Shown here piece after piece: positions 38,941-49,189 of a DNA stretch of 64,000 nucleotides. Each line of letters opens with the position of its first letter. The first letter of the stretch is position 1. The notes under the pieces are model-generated. The model made no database searches. It was given only the letters and a program-made list of their open reading frames with translations, and was not told the origin of the DNA. Made by a program: the position numbers and the translations under genes. Source of the DNA: Phycisphaerales bacterium (lineage in GTDB: Bacteria; Planctomycetota; Phycisphaerae; Phycisphaerales; UBA1924); NCBI GenBank assembly GCA_965227775.1, contig OZ245777.1, forward strand, positions 2,880,001-2,944,000, read 5' to 3'.

Positions 38941-41034
38941 ATGGCCCCCTATTCGCTGACCGATTCGCCCGCAGGCAGCCATCAGACCGAGGCCAGCGGG
39001 GCCGAGGGAGATCCGGGAGCACCCGGCCACGCCCGCTATCCCCGCGTGCGGACGCCCGAGGAGGTGTTCGTCTCGCCGCGTGTGGTCGATCGGATGGCCT
39101 TCGAGGACTACGCCCAGGCGCTCCGCAAGCTGCTGGCCGCGGCGACGACCGAGGGCGAGCACCTGCGACGCACGGCCGTGGACGCCAGCCGGAGCCTGCG
39201 CGCCATCGGCGAAGTGCTGCCAGCGGTCGACAAGAAGCTGGCCAAGGCCGGGGAGATGCTCAGCACGCTCACGCAGCGGCTGGAAAGCGCCGAATCGACG
39301 GCCAAGCGGGCGGAGGCGGCGGCCGAGCGGGCCGTGACGGCCGAGCGACGCATCAAGGAGATGGACGACCGGGCCCGCCAGCGGATCTTTGAAGCTGGGA
39401 CCGCGGCCGTCGACGAGGCGATCGCACGGGTCGAGGAGGTCGCCGAGAAGCGGGCCAACGAGCTCGATGATCGAGGCGAGACGCTGACGACGTTCGTGGA
39501 TCACGGGCGGGCCGACTTGGCCGAAGCGCGGGCCAAGGCGGTCGAGGCGCTTCAGCGGGTCGCCGAGAATGCCAAGAGCGAGGCGGACACCGGGCTTCGG
39601 GCCGTGCAGGATCGCGCCGACGAGGCGCAGCGTGCGATCGCCCAGGAGCACTCGAGTGCGGCCCACGAGATCGGTCAGGCCCGCAACGAATCCGTTGAGG
39701 CGATCGGCAGCGAACGTAAGGCCGCCGAAGCAGCGATGGCCGAGCGGATCGAGGGCTTGAGCGAACGCTTGGCATCGCTCATTGAGGACGCCGAGGGCCG
39801 GCTGGCCCAGGTCATCGCCACGAGCGATGCGCAGGCCGGTGAGCGCGTGAACGAGGTTGGCGAGCGGATCGAGCGCGAGATTGCACCGAAGCTGGCCGAG
39901 GCCGAGGCGAACGCCGACGCCGTGCTGGACCGAGTGGACCAGGTCGGCACCAAGGCCCGCGGCGTGTTTGAGCTCGACCTCGACGGCATCGAGTCGTTGT
40001 GCGACCGGGCCGAAGCGTTGATTGAGTCGACGGGCGCCGGATCGACCAAGCCCGCCGAAGGTACGCTCGCGGCGGTGGCGGCTTCGGCCATGGCCGCGAT
40101 GGAGCAGATGGACGAGGTAGCGACCGCCGGCGAGCGTGCGCGTCGTCAAGCGGAAGAGAGCCGCAAGGCGCTCAGCGAGTCGATCGAGTCGGCGGGGCTC
40201 TGGCTTGATCGGCTGGTCGAGCAGCGCGATGGCCTGCAGCAGTCGATAACGCTTGCGACGAAGCTGTGCGAGCAGGCCGAAGGGCAGCTCAGCCAGCGCC
40301 GCGCCGAACTCGACGAGGCGATGCGGGCGCCGGCGACGGAGGTCAAGCGGCACCTTGACACGCTCAAGACCGCGTCGGAGGAAGCCGAGACCAAGCGTAC
40401 GGCCCTAGCCGAGTTGATCGAAGAGTCGGAGAAGCGGGCGGAGAAGAAAGCCAACGCCGCAGCGGACAAGGCTGCCGAGAAGGCGATCCACAAGGCAAAG
40501 ATCGAATCCGAAAAGCTCGATGCCAAGGCGATGCAGGCTCGCCAGGCGCTCGATCAGGCATGGAAGACGCTCGAGACACGATTGAAGGGCGAACTGAAGG
40601 AGAGCCTTACGGCACTGAGCGCCGAGGCACAGCGCGCCGAGCGAGCGCGTGTCGCCCTGCGGGAGGACATCGAGGCGGCGCGGCAGGTCGAGAAGGAGAC
40701 GCGGGCGGCCATCAGCAAGCCCGCAGCGCCGAGCAGTGTCGATCAGCTTAACAAGCTGGCGAATCTGATGCAGGACCTGGCCGAGCGGACTGCTGGCAAG
40801 AAGCCGGCCGTGGCGAAGACTCCCGAGCCCAAGGCAGCCGCGGCAGCCGCACCAGCACGCGCAGCTGCAGCGACGGCCCGGGCGACACAGGCCGCGCCTG
40901 CAAAGCCGACGACCAAAAAGGCGGCCAAGAAGGTCGCGAAGAAGACTGCTTCAAAGAAGACGACGACGAAGAAGGCTACGACCAAGAAGACCGCAACCAA
41001 GAAGACGGCGGCACGAAAGAAGGCCGGCGGCTAG
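38941..41034 (+). CDS. Long coiled-coil protein with Lys/Ala/Thr-rich histone H1-like C-terminal tail
   Basis: AGGAG before ATG 38941; A/E/R-rich helical body; tail KKAAKKVAKKTASKKTTTKKATTKKTATKKTAARKK. Confidence 0.8.
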   Translation: MAPYSLTDSPAGSHQTEASGAEGDPGAPGHARYPRVRTPEEVFVSPRVVDRMAFEDYAQALRKLLAAATTEGEHLRRTAVDASRSLRAIGEVLPAVDKKLAKAGEMLSTLTQRLESAESTAKRAEAAAERAVTAERRIKEMDDRARQRIFEAGTAAVDEAIARVEEVAEKRANELDDRGETLTTFVDHGRADLAEARAKAVEALQRVAENAKSEADTGLRAVQDRADEAQRAIAQEHSSAAHEIGQARNESVEAIGSERKAAEAAMAERIEGLSERLASLIEDAEGRLAQVIATSDAQAGERVNEVGERIEREIAPKLAEAEANADAVLDRVDQVGTKARGVFELDLDGIESLCDRAEALIESTGAGSTKPAEGTLAAVAASAMAAMEQMDEVATAGERARRQAEESRKALSESIESAGLWLDRLVEQRDGLQQSITLATKLCEQAEGQLSQRRAELDEAMRAPATEVKRHLDTLKTASEEAETKRTALAELIEESEKRAEKKANAAADKAAEKAIHKAKIESEKLDAKAMQARQALDQAWKTLETRLKGELKESLTALSAEAQRAERARVALREDIEAARQVEKETRAAISKPAAPSSVDQLNKLANLMQDLAERTAGKKPAVAKTPEPKAAAAAAPARAAAATARATQAAPAKPTTKKAAKKVAKKTASKKTTTKKATTKKTATKKTAARKKAGG
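40915..41022 (+). repeat. Coding tandem repeat, 12-15-nt AAGAAG-based units (KKxx/KKxxx peptides)
   Basis: aagaagactgcttca aagaagacgacgacg aagaaggctacgacc aagaagaccgcaacc aagaagacggcggca. Confidence 0.75.
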
Positions 41035-41687
41035 TCGTCGATCAACGTCTCAATCGATCTCAAGAGCCCCTTCGCACGTTCGATTGCTTGGAGGCTAATG
41101 GCCTGGGCGTCGCGTTCCGCCTCTGGCGAGACCACGCTGCCGAGGGTTGGAGCGTTGACCTCGACGTTGCAGTCGCTTGCGCGGACCGTGGCCTCGGACA
41201 GGATCGCGGCAATCTTCAGGTCGCTCAACAGGTACTGGTTGGCGATGGGCGCGAGTTCCTCGAAACTTTCGAGCAAGCCAATGCAGATGCGCTGGACGTC
41301 GAGCGGGACGTCGATGCACCGCTTGGCGGCGGTGCCGAGCCCCTTAACCCGGGCGGGATCATCGGGCTCGAGCTTCTGCAACGCGTTGAGCTCGGCGTAC
41401 GCGGCGGCGTCGGCATCGGCCAATTCGAGCAGCTTGCAACTCGCCGTGGCGCAGCGATCGGCAAGGGCGGCGTGGGCCGGCGCATGCTGGGCCAGGGTCT
41501 TCTTGCCCTTGCTGTAGGAGATGACCATGCCGGCCAGCGCCGCGCTTAGCGCGCCCGCCGCGCCCGCGACCGCCCCACCGCCGGGGGCAGGCGTCTTCTC
41601 GGCGATCGCCGAGAGCAAATCGCCGAACGTCTGCGAGCCGATGCGTGGGTTGCCGGTTTCCGCAGCGGGGCTGGGTGAGTTGGCCAT
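41031..41687 (-). CDS. Cyclodeaminase/cyclohydrolase family protein (FTCD C-terminal-like)
   Basis: TPAPGGGAVAG..ALAGMV, LADADAAAY, VPL, NQYLLSD, NVEVN. Confidence 0.85.
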   Translation of the reverse strand: MANSPSPAAETGNPRIGSQTFGDLLSAIAEKTPAPGGGAVAGAAGALSAALAGMVISYSKGKKTLAQHAPAHAALADRCATASCKLLELADADAAAYAELNALQKLEPDDPARVKGLGTAAKRCIDVPLDVQRICIGLLESFEELAPIANQYLLSDLKIAAILSEATVRASDCNVEVNAPTLGSVVSPEAERDAQAISLQAIERAKGLLRSIETLIDD

Positions 41688-41760
41688 GCAGCACTCTACT
41701 CACCCTGACGCGGACCGACTGGCTGGCCTTCGGCGCGTCGGGCGGCGATCATCCATCCGG

Positions 41761-43227
41761 ATGAAGGACTTCCACGCCAGCTCGATCATGCCCTGCGATG
41801 TCCGGACGCTCTACGAGTGGCACGCCAACGCTGGCGCGCTCGAACGCCTGACACCGCCTTGGCAACGCGTCACGATCGCCGAGCGGCGTCGGGGCACAGA
41901 TCACCCACGCATCGGCAACGGTGCGATCGCACGGCTCATGATCGGGCTGGGTCCGTTGAGCATGCCATGGGTGGCCGAGCATTTCGACCACGATCCGCCC
42001 CATGGGTTCAGCGATCGACAGCTGAGCGGACCTTTTGGGAGTTGGACCCACCGTCACCAGTTCAGCGACGAGGGTGGAGGCCGCAGCCGGCTCGATGACC
42101 GCATCCAGTACGAGGCCCCCGCGGGGCTCCTCGGCTCGATGCTGCTGGGCGGCAAGCTGGCGGCGGACCTGGACCGGCTGTTCTGGTTTCGCCACGAGCG
42201 CACGCGGGCTGACCTTGCGCGGCACGTCGGTGCCGACAAGAAGCTCACGATCGCGATCGCCGGCTCGAGCGGCATGATCGGCTCAGCGCTCGCCGCTTTC
42301 CTCTCCACTGGGGGGCACAAGGTCGTCAGGCTCGTGCGGGGTCGCGCCGAGCCCGACCCAATCGACGGCATCGAGCAGCGACACTGGGACCCTGCTGCAT
42401 CGGAGATCTCGCCATACACGCTGGCGGGCGTCGATGCGGTCATCAATCTATGCGGCGAGAACATAGCCGAAGGGCGATGGACCGAAAAGCGGAAGGCGCA
42501 GCTTCGTCTCAGCCGCGTGCAGCCAACGTCGCTGCTCGCCAAGACGATGGCCTCGTTGCCAACTTCGGAGCGCCCAAGGGTCTTGATCAACGCATCGGGC
42601 GTGCACGCCTACGGCGATCGCGGCGATGAACCGCTGACCGAAGACGCCGGATGGGGCGATGGCTTTCTGGCGGACTTGGTTCGGGCGTGGGAAGCGGCGG
42701 CACGGCCGGCCGAGTCGGCTGGTGTCCGAGTCGTGTTTGCTCGCTTTGGCATGGTGCTCGGTGCGGGCGGCGGCGCACTCAAGGCACTCTTGACGCCGAC
42801 CAAGTTCGGGCTGGGCGGGCCCATCGGCACCGGCCGGCAATGGTGGCCCTGGATCGGGCTCGACGATGCCATCGGGGCTGTGCACCACGCGCTGCTGCAC
42901 GAGGATCTCCATGGCGCGGTCAACGTGTGCGCTCCTGATGCGGCAACGGCAAACGACGTGAGCAGCGCGATCGCCGATGCTGCTCGCCGCCCGGCAGTGC
43001 TTGGCCTTCCCGCTGGCGCCGCGAGGACAGTGTTGGGCGAAGAGATGGCCGGCGACATGCTGCTGGCCTCGACACGAGCCGAACCCATGCGTCTGGGCGA
43101 GGCCGGCTTCCGCTGGATGCACCCAACGCTCATGGATGCGATCGGGTGGGAACTGGGCGTCCGCCGCCTGATGGAACGAACGCCGGCAATGCAAGGCCCT
43201 GTCGGGGCGCTACACGAGACTGCCTGA
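41761..43227 (+). CDS. TIGR01777 family NAD-dependent epimerase with N-terminal SRPBCC domain
   Basis: EWHANAGALERLTPPW, DRQLSGPFGSWTHRH, IAGSSGMIG, NLCGENIAEGRWT, GLGGPIGTGRQWWPWI. Confidence 0.88.
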   Translation: MKDFHASSIMPCDVRTLYEWHANAGALERLTPPWQRVTIAERRRGTDHPRIGNGAIARLMIGLGPLSMPWVAEHFDHDPPHGFSDRQLSGPFGSWTHRHQFSDEGGGRSRLDDRIQYEAPAGLLGSMLLGGKLAADLDRLFWFRHERTRADLARHVGADKKLTIAIAGSSGMIGSALAAFLSTGGHKVVRLVRGRAEPDPIDGIEQRHWDPAASEISPYTLAGVDAVINLCGENIAEGRWTEKRKAQLRLSRVQPTSLLAKTMASLPTSERPRVLINASGVHAYGDRGDEPLTEDAGWGDGFLADLVRAWEAAARPAESAGVRVVFARFGMVLGAGGGALKALLTPTKFGLGGPIGTGRQWWPWIGLDDAIGAVHHALLHEDLHGAVNVCAPDAATANDVSSAIADAARRPAVLGLPAGAARTVLGEEMAGDMLLASTRAEPMRLGEAGFRWMHPTLMDAIGWELGVRRLMERTPAMQGPVGALHETA

Positions 43228-43242
43228 CCAAGGAGGCAACCT

Positions 43243-44001
43243 ATGGGACACGCACATGAAGATCGCGCTTACTTGCTCATCGGTGGCGCCGGAGGCATCG
43301 GAACCGAACTCGCGCGACGGCTGACCGAGGCCGGAGCAAAGGTGACGATCGCAGGCCGCGATGCCGACAAGGCCAAAGCCCTGGCCGACGAGGTCGACGC
43401 ACATGCGCTGGACGCACTCGATGCACGGGACGCCGACGCTGTTGCCGAATCTGTGAAGGCTGCCGCGGAGCACCACGGCCGGCTCGACGGTGCCGTGAGC
43501 CTGCCGGGCACCATCACCCTCAAGCCCGCGCACCTGACTTCGCCAGAAGAGTTGAGAGAGACCGTCGAGACCAATCTGTACACCGCCTTCAACCTCGTTC
43601 GCAGCGCGAGCCAGGCGCTGCGCAGGAATGGGGGCTCGATCGTGCTCATGTCGTCGGCAGCGGCCACGAGCGGCCTGCCAAACCACGAAGCCATCGCATC
43701 GGCAAAGGCCGCCGTGATCGGCTTGGCTCGTTCGGCAGCCGCGACATACGCTTCCAATGGGGTGCGCGTAAACGCGGTCGCGCCAGGCATGGTCCGCTCG
43801 CCGCTCAGCAAGCCGATCCTCGAGAACGAGGTCGCCGAGAAGGCGTCGACGGCCATGCATCCGTTAGGCCGGCTTGGCGAGCCGGCTGATGTCGCGAGTG
43901 GCATCGCGTGGCTGCTCGACCCGGCACAGGAGTGGGTCAGCGGCACGGTGCTCGAGATTGACGGCGGTCTGGCGAATCTGCGGGGCCGTGTGAAGGTCTG
44001 A
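43243..44001 (+). CDS. SDR family oxidoreductase
   Basis: IGGAGGIG, NHEAIASAKAAVIGL, VRVNAVAPG, HPLGRLGEP. Confidence 0.9.
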   Translation: MGHAHEDRAYLLIGGAGGIGTELARRLTEAGAKVTIAGRDADKAKALADEVDAHALDALDARDADAVAESVKAAAEHHGRLDGAVSLPGTITLKPAHLTSPEELRETVETNLYTAFNLVRSASQALRRNGGSIVLMSSAAATSGLPNHEAIASAKAAVIGLARSAAATYASNGVRVNAVAPGMVRSPLSKPILENEVAEKASTAMHPLGRLGEPADVASGIAWLLDPAQEWVSGTVLEIDGGLANLRGRVKV

Positions 44002-44156
44002 CGCCCCCGTTGCAGCGCAACAGAGCTTCTTGATAGGGTTATGCCTGGGTCCCGGCCCTGAGGCGACGACCGCCGCTAGACTGGGCCGAAAGAACAACCC
44101 CGCGAAGGGGCCTGACACAAGGACGGACCCACTTGGCCGAGCACGGAGACAAGACG

Positions 44157-45170
44157 ATGACCCAGATGCGAACCCCGCCCAAGCCGAATCCCACGGCTCC
44201 CGGCGCCGTTCACGAAGGACCATCCGACCAGGATCGGCCCATGGTCTATGTCAACGGCGAGATCGTTCCGAAGAGCCAGGCCAAGGTCAGTGTCTTCGAC
44301 CACGGCTTGCTGTATGGTGACGGCGTCTTCGAAGGCATCCGTATCTATAACGGCAAGATCTTCATGCTCGGCCAGCACATGGACCGCCTGTGGGCCAGCG
44401 CCGAGATGATCTACCTGGACATCGGTATCTCACGTGAGGAGATGATCGATATCCAGCGTCGGTGCGTCGAGGCCAACGGCATTATCAACGGCTACATCCG
44501 GCTGATCGTCACTCGGGGCGAGGGCACGCTCGGCCTGAACCCCTACCAGTGCCCGACGGCCGGCATTATCTGCATTGCCGACCAGATCCGCCTGTATCCT
44601 GAGTCGATGTACGAGTCGGGCATGCGGGTTGTCGTTGCGCACCGTCCGCGCATTGGCGTCAAGAGCCTCGACCCCCGCATCAAGAGCCTGAACTACCTGA
44701 ACAACATCCTCGCAAAGTGCGAGGCCATACACCTGACACGCGACCTCAAGATCACCAACGAGCAGGACAAGCTGCTCGAGGTCATCATGCTCAACCCCGA
44801 GGGCAAGGTCGCCGAGGGCTCGGGCGACAACATCTTCGTCATCAAGGATGGTGCCATTACGACGCCGCCCGTCGAGGACGGCTGCCTGAGCGGCATCACC
44901 CGCCGCTTCGTGATCGACCGCCTCGCACCCGCGTGCGGTCTCGCGGTGCAGACTGGGCACATCACGCTGCAGGACATCTACGGCGCCGACGAGGTGTTCA
45001 TGACCGGCTCTGCGGCCGAGATCATCGCGGTGAGAGAAGTGCTCGAGCACGACGGCAAGGGCGGCGTCACAGCGACCCACCCGATCAGCGAGGGTGAGGG
45101 CCCGATCACGAACAATCTCCGCACGAAGTTCCGCGAGATCGTGACCAGCGACGACGTCCCCGAGGACTGA
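44157..45170 (+). CDS. ilvE: Branched-chain amino acid aminotransferase (class IV PLP)
   Basis: VFDHGLLYGDGVFEGIR, KSLNYLNNIL, EGSGDNIF, LSGITR, DEVFMTGSAAE. Confidence 0.9.
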   Translation: MTQMRTPPKPNPTAPGAVHEGPSDQDRPMVYVNGEIVPKSQAKVSVFDHGLLYGDGVFEGIRIYNGKIFMLGQHMDRLWASAEMIYLDIGISREEMIDIQRRCVEANGIINGYIRLIVTRGEGTLGLNPYQCPTAGIICIADQIRLYPESMYESGMRVVVAHRPRIGVKSLDPRIKSLNYLNNILAKCEAIHLTRDLKITNEQDKLLEVIMLNPEGKVAEGSGDNIFVIKDGAITTPPVEDGCLSGITRRFVIDRLAPACGLAVQTGHITLQDIYGADEVFMTGSAAEIIAVREVLEHDGKGGVTATHPISEGEGPITNNLRTKFREIVTSDDVPED

Positions 45171-45336
45171 GAAAGTTGATTCCGAATGCCGTTCGGCCTT
45201 GAATAGGCCTCGAAAACCGGGCCCAGTGTGGGCCGGATCAGTCCAATTGCCGGCCCGCAGTCGCGGTCGTCGGCCTGATCGTCGGGCGTCTTGGCCCGGC
45301 ACCCGTTGGCACTCCCAGCGGGACGGAGAAAAGCAG

Positions 45337-45942
45337 ATGGCTAACTACACCGGACCGAAGGTCCGCCTCAGCCGCCGTGTCGGCGTCCCGATCGAGGCGG
45401 TCGAGAAGCACACCAGCAACGAGCGCGTCCGCCAGCCACCCGGCATCCACGGCTTCCGTGGTCGCCGCCCGCGTGACTACGGCATCCGCCTGACCGAGAA
45501 GCAGAAGCTCCGCTTTCACTACAACGTGGGCGAGAAGCAGTTCCGCCGCTTCGTGAAGGAGGCCAAGCGCCTTCCAGGTAACTCGGGCGACATGCTGCTG
45601 GTGCTGCTCGAGACGCGCCTGGACAACGTGATTCGTCGCATGGGCATCGCCCGCACCATCTGGTCCGCACGCCAGATCGTCGCGCACGGCCACGTGTTGG
45701 TGAACGGCCGCAAGACCGATCGCCCGAGCTTCCACGTCAAGCCGGGCATGGAGATCTCCATCAAGGAGAAGACCCACAAGCTCTGCCGCGAAAACATGGA
45801 GAGCATGCCGGGCCACGAGGTTCCGGGGTGGATCAGCTTCAACCCCAGCGAACTGAAGGCCAAGGTCGTGGCCGCTCCGAAGGCCGACGAGGTTCCGTTC
45901 CGCGTGAACACGAACCTGGTTATCGAGTTCTATCGCTTCTAA
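45337..45942 (+). CDS. rpsD: 30S ribosomal protein S4
   Basis: MANYTGPKVRLSRR, YGIRLTEKQK, LETRLDN, ARQIVAHGH, VIEFY. Confidence 0.97.
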   Translation: MANYTGPKVRLSRRVGVPIEAVEKHTSNERVRQPPGIHGFRGRRPRDYGIRLTEKQKLRFHYNVGEKQFRRFVKEAKRLPGNSGDMLLVLLETRLDNVIRRMGIARTIWSARQIVAHGHVLVNGRKTDRPSFHVKPGMEISIKEKTHKLCRENMESMPGHEVPGWISFNPSELKAKVVAAPKADEVPFRVNTNLVIEFYRF

Positions 45943-46080
45943 GACGCTGGTCTGGATCGAGCGCTGTGTCCGCCGCGTGAGCATGACGCTCGCGCGTGCG
46001 GGTGGCACGGCCGGGGCCGGTCGGTCCGCCGGCGCCTGGCAGCCAGTGGTCTCGAAAGTTCACGGGCCGGGGCGAGCACG

Positions 46081-48156
46081 ATGCTCAAGTTCCTGCGCAA
46101 GTACAGCAAGTGGATGATGATCGTGTTCGGCGCGCTGCTGCTGGTGGCGTTTACTGCGCCGCAGGCGATCCAGCAGCTCGGCAACCGCATGGTGAACCGC
46201 GAGGTCGCCACGCTCGACGGCGCGTCGCTCAAGATCACAGACGTCCAAGACGCCGAGCGACAGCACGCGCTGGTGCAAGACCGCTTGCCGCCACAATACA
46301 TGCCGGCCATCGACCGCGACCGCGTCGGATTGCACTGGTCCATGCTCCGGCTGGAAGCGCGCCGGGCAGGGCTCGTGGGCGTGGCCGGTGATGGTGCGCT
46401 GTGGGTGGAGGACTTTGTACCCCAGATCGCACGCCGACAGATGGAAGCGACGCTGGCACAGCAGATCGGCCCGCAGCTTGCCGCCCAGTTTGCCAACCAG
46501 CAATGGAACTCGATGCCGGCTGAGGAACGCCAAGCCGCGATCGATCGGATTGCGGGCTTCTTGAACCAGCCGCCGCCAAATGTGACCGAGCGCGAGTATC
46601 ACGAGGCGCTCAGCGTGGCTCGGGGCATCCACCGCCTCACGGCCGGCTACTTCGAGAGCGCTCCGCTGAGCGACGCTCGCGCGGTGCGCGATGCGGCCGA
46701 TCGGCAGCGCCAGGCATCGGTTGAGTCATTCTGGTTCGATAGCCGCCAGCTCGTCGCCGAAGCCCCTGGCATCGTGGGCGAGCCAACGGATGCAGACCTG
46801 CAGGAGCACTTCGGGCGTTTCGCCTCGACGCCGCTTGGCACGGGTGAATTCGGGATCGGCTACACACTGCCCGAGCGGCTCAAGATCGAGTACCTCAAGC
46901 TCGACCGCGAAGCGATCGAGGGCAACGTCTCGCCGGATCCGCTTGAGGTCCGCAAGCGGTACCAGGCCATGGTCCGCGAGGATGAGGCCCGGGACCAAGA
47001 GCCCGAGTCATTTGACGACGCCAGACCGCGGATCGAGGACAGCCTTCGTCGCGAGATCGCAGACGACGTGATTCGGGCCGCTCAGCAGGCGTTCGTTGGC
47101 GCGATGGGCGAGGCGACGCGTGCACTCGAGTCCGACGGGCCCTACAAGCGGTTACCGAGCGACTTTGCCAGCCAGCGTCCGAGCTTCGAGGATGTCGCGC
47201 AACAAATGGTCGACTCGGTCAGCCTGTCGCGCTTCCCCGAAGCCGAGGACGGCTCAGTCGAACTTCCGATGCCCGAGATCGTGCGCCCCGACACGTGGTT
47301 GTGGCCGTCGGAGATGCAAACGCTCGAGGGCTTTGGCAGCGCCCAGATCAACATCGGCTCGACGCGGGCACCCATCGCCCAGGTCTTGTTCGCCGTGCGT
47401 GAGCTGCGCCCGGAGCTCGGCGCTCGGCTCGCGATCCAGAAGGGCCTGCCCGTGACCGACGTGCCGGCGACCGATGGCTCGGGCAACGTCTATTTCTACA
47501 CGGTGCTCGACGTGCGCGACGAGTCTCGCCCCGACAGCATCGAGGAGATCCGCGGCCAGGTCGTGCAAGACTGGAAGGCACTCCGAGTCTTCGAGCAATT
47601 GCAGGCCCAAGCCGACGCGATCGGGCAGACGGCCGCTGAGAGTGGCCTGACGGCCGCAGCAGTCCAACTCGCCGATGCGCTTGCTGGTGACATCGAAGCG
47701 CCCGAGTTGCAGACGATCCGAGTCACACCGGCCGACGTCACGAACCCGATCGGATTCGGCCAGTCTCCGGCGATACCGGCACTCAACGCAGAGTCGTTCC
47801 GCGAGGTGGTCATGGGCGTGTATGAGTCCATCGACCCGCTCACCGCCATCGAAGAGACCCCGCGTACCGCACGCACCGTCAGCGTGCCTATCGCCTCCAC
47901 GCTCACCCTTGGCGTCGGCACGGTCGAGAGCATTACGCCGCTGACGGCCGAGGTATATCGCATGCAAGCGGACTTCCTCGACTTCGTCTTGCGACGCGAT
48001 GAGCTCGTCGAGACGGTCCGCACCGTCAACCCGTTCTCGTTCGACGCGATGGCCCAGCGGCTCAACCTCAAGGTTGTTGGTAGCGAAGATGAATCGCCTG
48101 CCGAGGCCTCAGGAGACCTCAGCGATACGCCCGAGCAATCGAGCGGTCAGGGCTGA
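46081..48156 (+). CDS. SurA-N/PpiD-like membrane-anchored periplasmic chaperone
   Basis: MLKFLRKYSKWMMIVFGALLLVAF anchor, PTDADLQEHF..YTLPERLKIEYL, SFDDARPRIE. Confidence 0.6.
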   Translation: MLKFLRKYSKWMMIVFGALLLVAFTAPQAIQQLGNRMVNREVATLDGASLKITDVQDAERQHALVQDRLPPQYMPAIDRDRVGLHWSMLRLEARRAGLVGVAGDGALWVEDFVPQIARRQMEATLAQQIGPQLAAQFANQQWNSMPAEERQAAIDRIAGFLNQPPPNVTEREYHEALSVARGIHRLTAGYFESAPLSDARAVRDAADRQRQASVESFWFDSRQLVAEAPGIVGEPTDADLQEHFGRFASTPLGTGEFGIGYTLPERLKIEYLKLDREAIEGNVSPDPLEVRKRYQAMVREDEARDQEPESFDDARPRIEDSLRREIADDVIRAAQQAFVGAMGEATRALESDGPYKRLPSDFASQRPSFEDVAQQMVDSVSLSRFPEAEDGSVELPMPEIVRPDTWLWPSEMQTLEGFGSAQINIGSTRAPIAQVLFAVRELRPELGARLAIQKGLPVTDVPATDGSGNVYFYTVLDVRDESRPDSIEEIRGQVVQDWKALRVFEQLQAQADAIGQTAAESGLTAAAVQLADALAGDIEAPELQTIRVTPADVTNPIGFGQSPAIPALNAESFREVVMGVYESIDPLTAIEETPRTARTVSVPIASTLTLGVGTVESITPLTAEVYRMQADFLDFVLRRDELVETVRTVNPFSFDAMAQRLNLKVVGSEDESPAEASGDLSDTPEQSSGQG

Positions 48157-48917
48157 GGATCGGGCGAGCCACTCATCCACGCATCGATCGGCAGCAAGTC
48201 TGACTGGATCATCTCGTTTGGCAAATCGTCCAGGCGGATCGCGCGATCGATCTTGAACGCACCCACGGCTGTCCGTCGGAGCGCAGCAAGCGATCCACCG
48301 GTGCCCAGTGCGGTGCCCAGGTCGCGAGCAAGGCTGCGGATGTAGACGCCCTTGCCGCAACGGACGTCGAGCTCGACGTAGGGCCATTCGTAACTCAGCA
48401 CACCGATCGATTCGATCCGAATCGGACGCGGGTCGAGTTCTACCGCTTGGCCCTTGCGCGCGAGGGCGTATGCCCTTCGGCCCCCCACCTTCATCGCGCT
48501 GAATATGGGCGGCCTCTGGAGCGTGTCGCCTATGAAACTCGCGACCGAGGCGAGCACGTCCTGCTCACTTGGTGGTTCCTCCACGGCCACCTCGGTCCGC
48601 TCGCCCTCGCGGTCGTCGGTCGTGGTGAAGGCCGAGAGATCGACCCGAGCTTCGTAACGCTTCTCGCCGGCCATCACGCGATCGCACAACGGCGTGGCCT
48701 TGCCACACAGGATGACCAAGACGCCGCTCGCAAGCGGGTCGAGCGTGCCCCCGTGGCCAACCTTCACCCGTTTGGGTGCCCCGCCACGGCGGAGCGCGGA
48801 CCGGACACGAGCGCACACTGCCATCGAACTCGGGCCAATCGGCTTGTCGACGATGAGCAGCCCGCAGATCGGCGGTGGCTGGGTCGCATCGGGCAGGCTG
48901 TCCTGATCAGCGGGCAT
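48147..48917 (-). CDS. truB: tRNA pseudouridine(55) synthase
   Basis: VDKPIG, KVGHGGTLDPLASGVL, QRPPIFSAMKVGGRRAY, CGKGVYIRSLARD. Confidence 0.95.
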   Translation of the reverse strand: MPADQDSLPDATQPPPICGLLIVDKPIGPSSMAVCARVRSALRRGGAPKRVKVGHGGTLDPLASGVLVILCGKATPLCDRVMAGEKRYEARVDLSAFTTTDDREGERTEVAVEEPPSEQDVLASVASFIGDTLQRPPIFSAMKVGGRRAYALARKGQAVELDPRPIRIESIGVLSYEWPYVELDVRCGKGVYIRSLARDLGTALGTGGSLAALRRTAVGAFKIDRAIRLDDLPNEMIQSDLLPIDAWMSGSPDPQP

Positions 48918-49023
48918 GGAGGATGATTGGACCCCGGCTCGGTCGCGGCAGGATCGCCTCGCGTCCCAATCGGCCCTATCCTGTCACCCGCTCGCGAACA
49001 GGCGTGAAGCCAGACGCGACCAC

Positions 49024-49110
49024 GGAGAGGTGGCTGAGCGGTTTAAGGCGCACGATTGGAATTCGTGTGGGGGTTTACGCCCCTCGGGGGTTCGAATCCC
49101 CCCCTCTCCG
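49024..49110 (+). tRNA. tRNA-Ser(GGA), CCA not encoded
   Basis: GGAGAGG/CCTCTCC acceptor stem, CACGA-TTGGAAT-TCGTG anticodon arm, long variable arm, GGTTCGAATCC, G discriminator. Confidence 0.95.
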
Positions 49111-49189
49111 CTTTCATGTGTTGTGCGTGTGGATGGCTCAGATCCAGGCCGTTCATCGGTGTCATCCGAATCCACGCGTCTCCTTGAAG

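Noticed and set aside
45171..45336. Structured S4 autoregulatory leader before rpsD
   Set aside because: Hairpins can be drawn (CCGGGCCCA/TGGGCCGG; CCCGTTGG/CCAGCGGG) but cannot be told from GC-rich background without covariation data.
46003..46018. Sigma54 promoter (TGGCACG) upstream of 46081
   Set aside because: The -12 element reads GGGC instead of TTGC; too weak to call.
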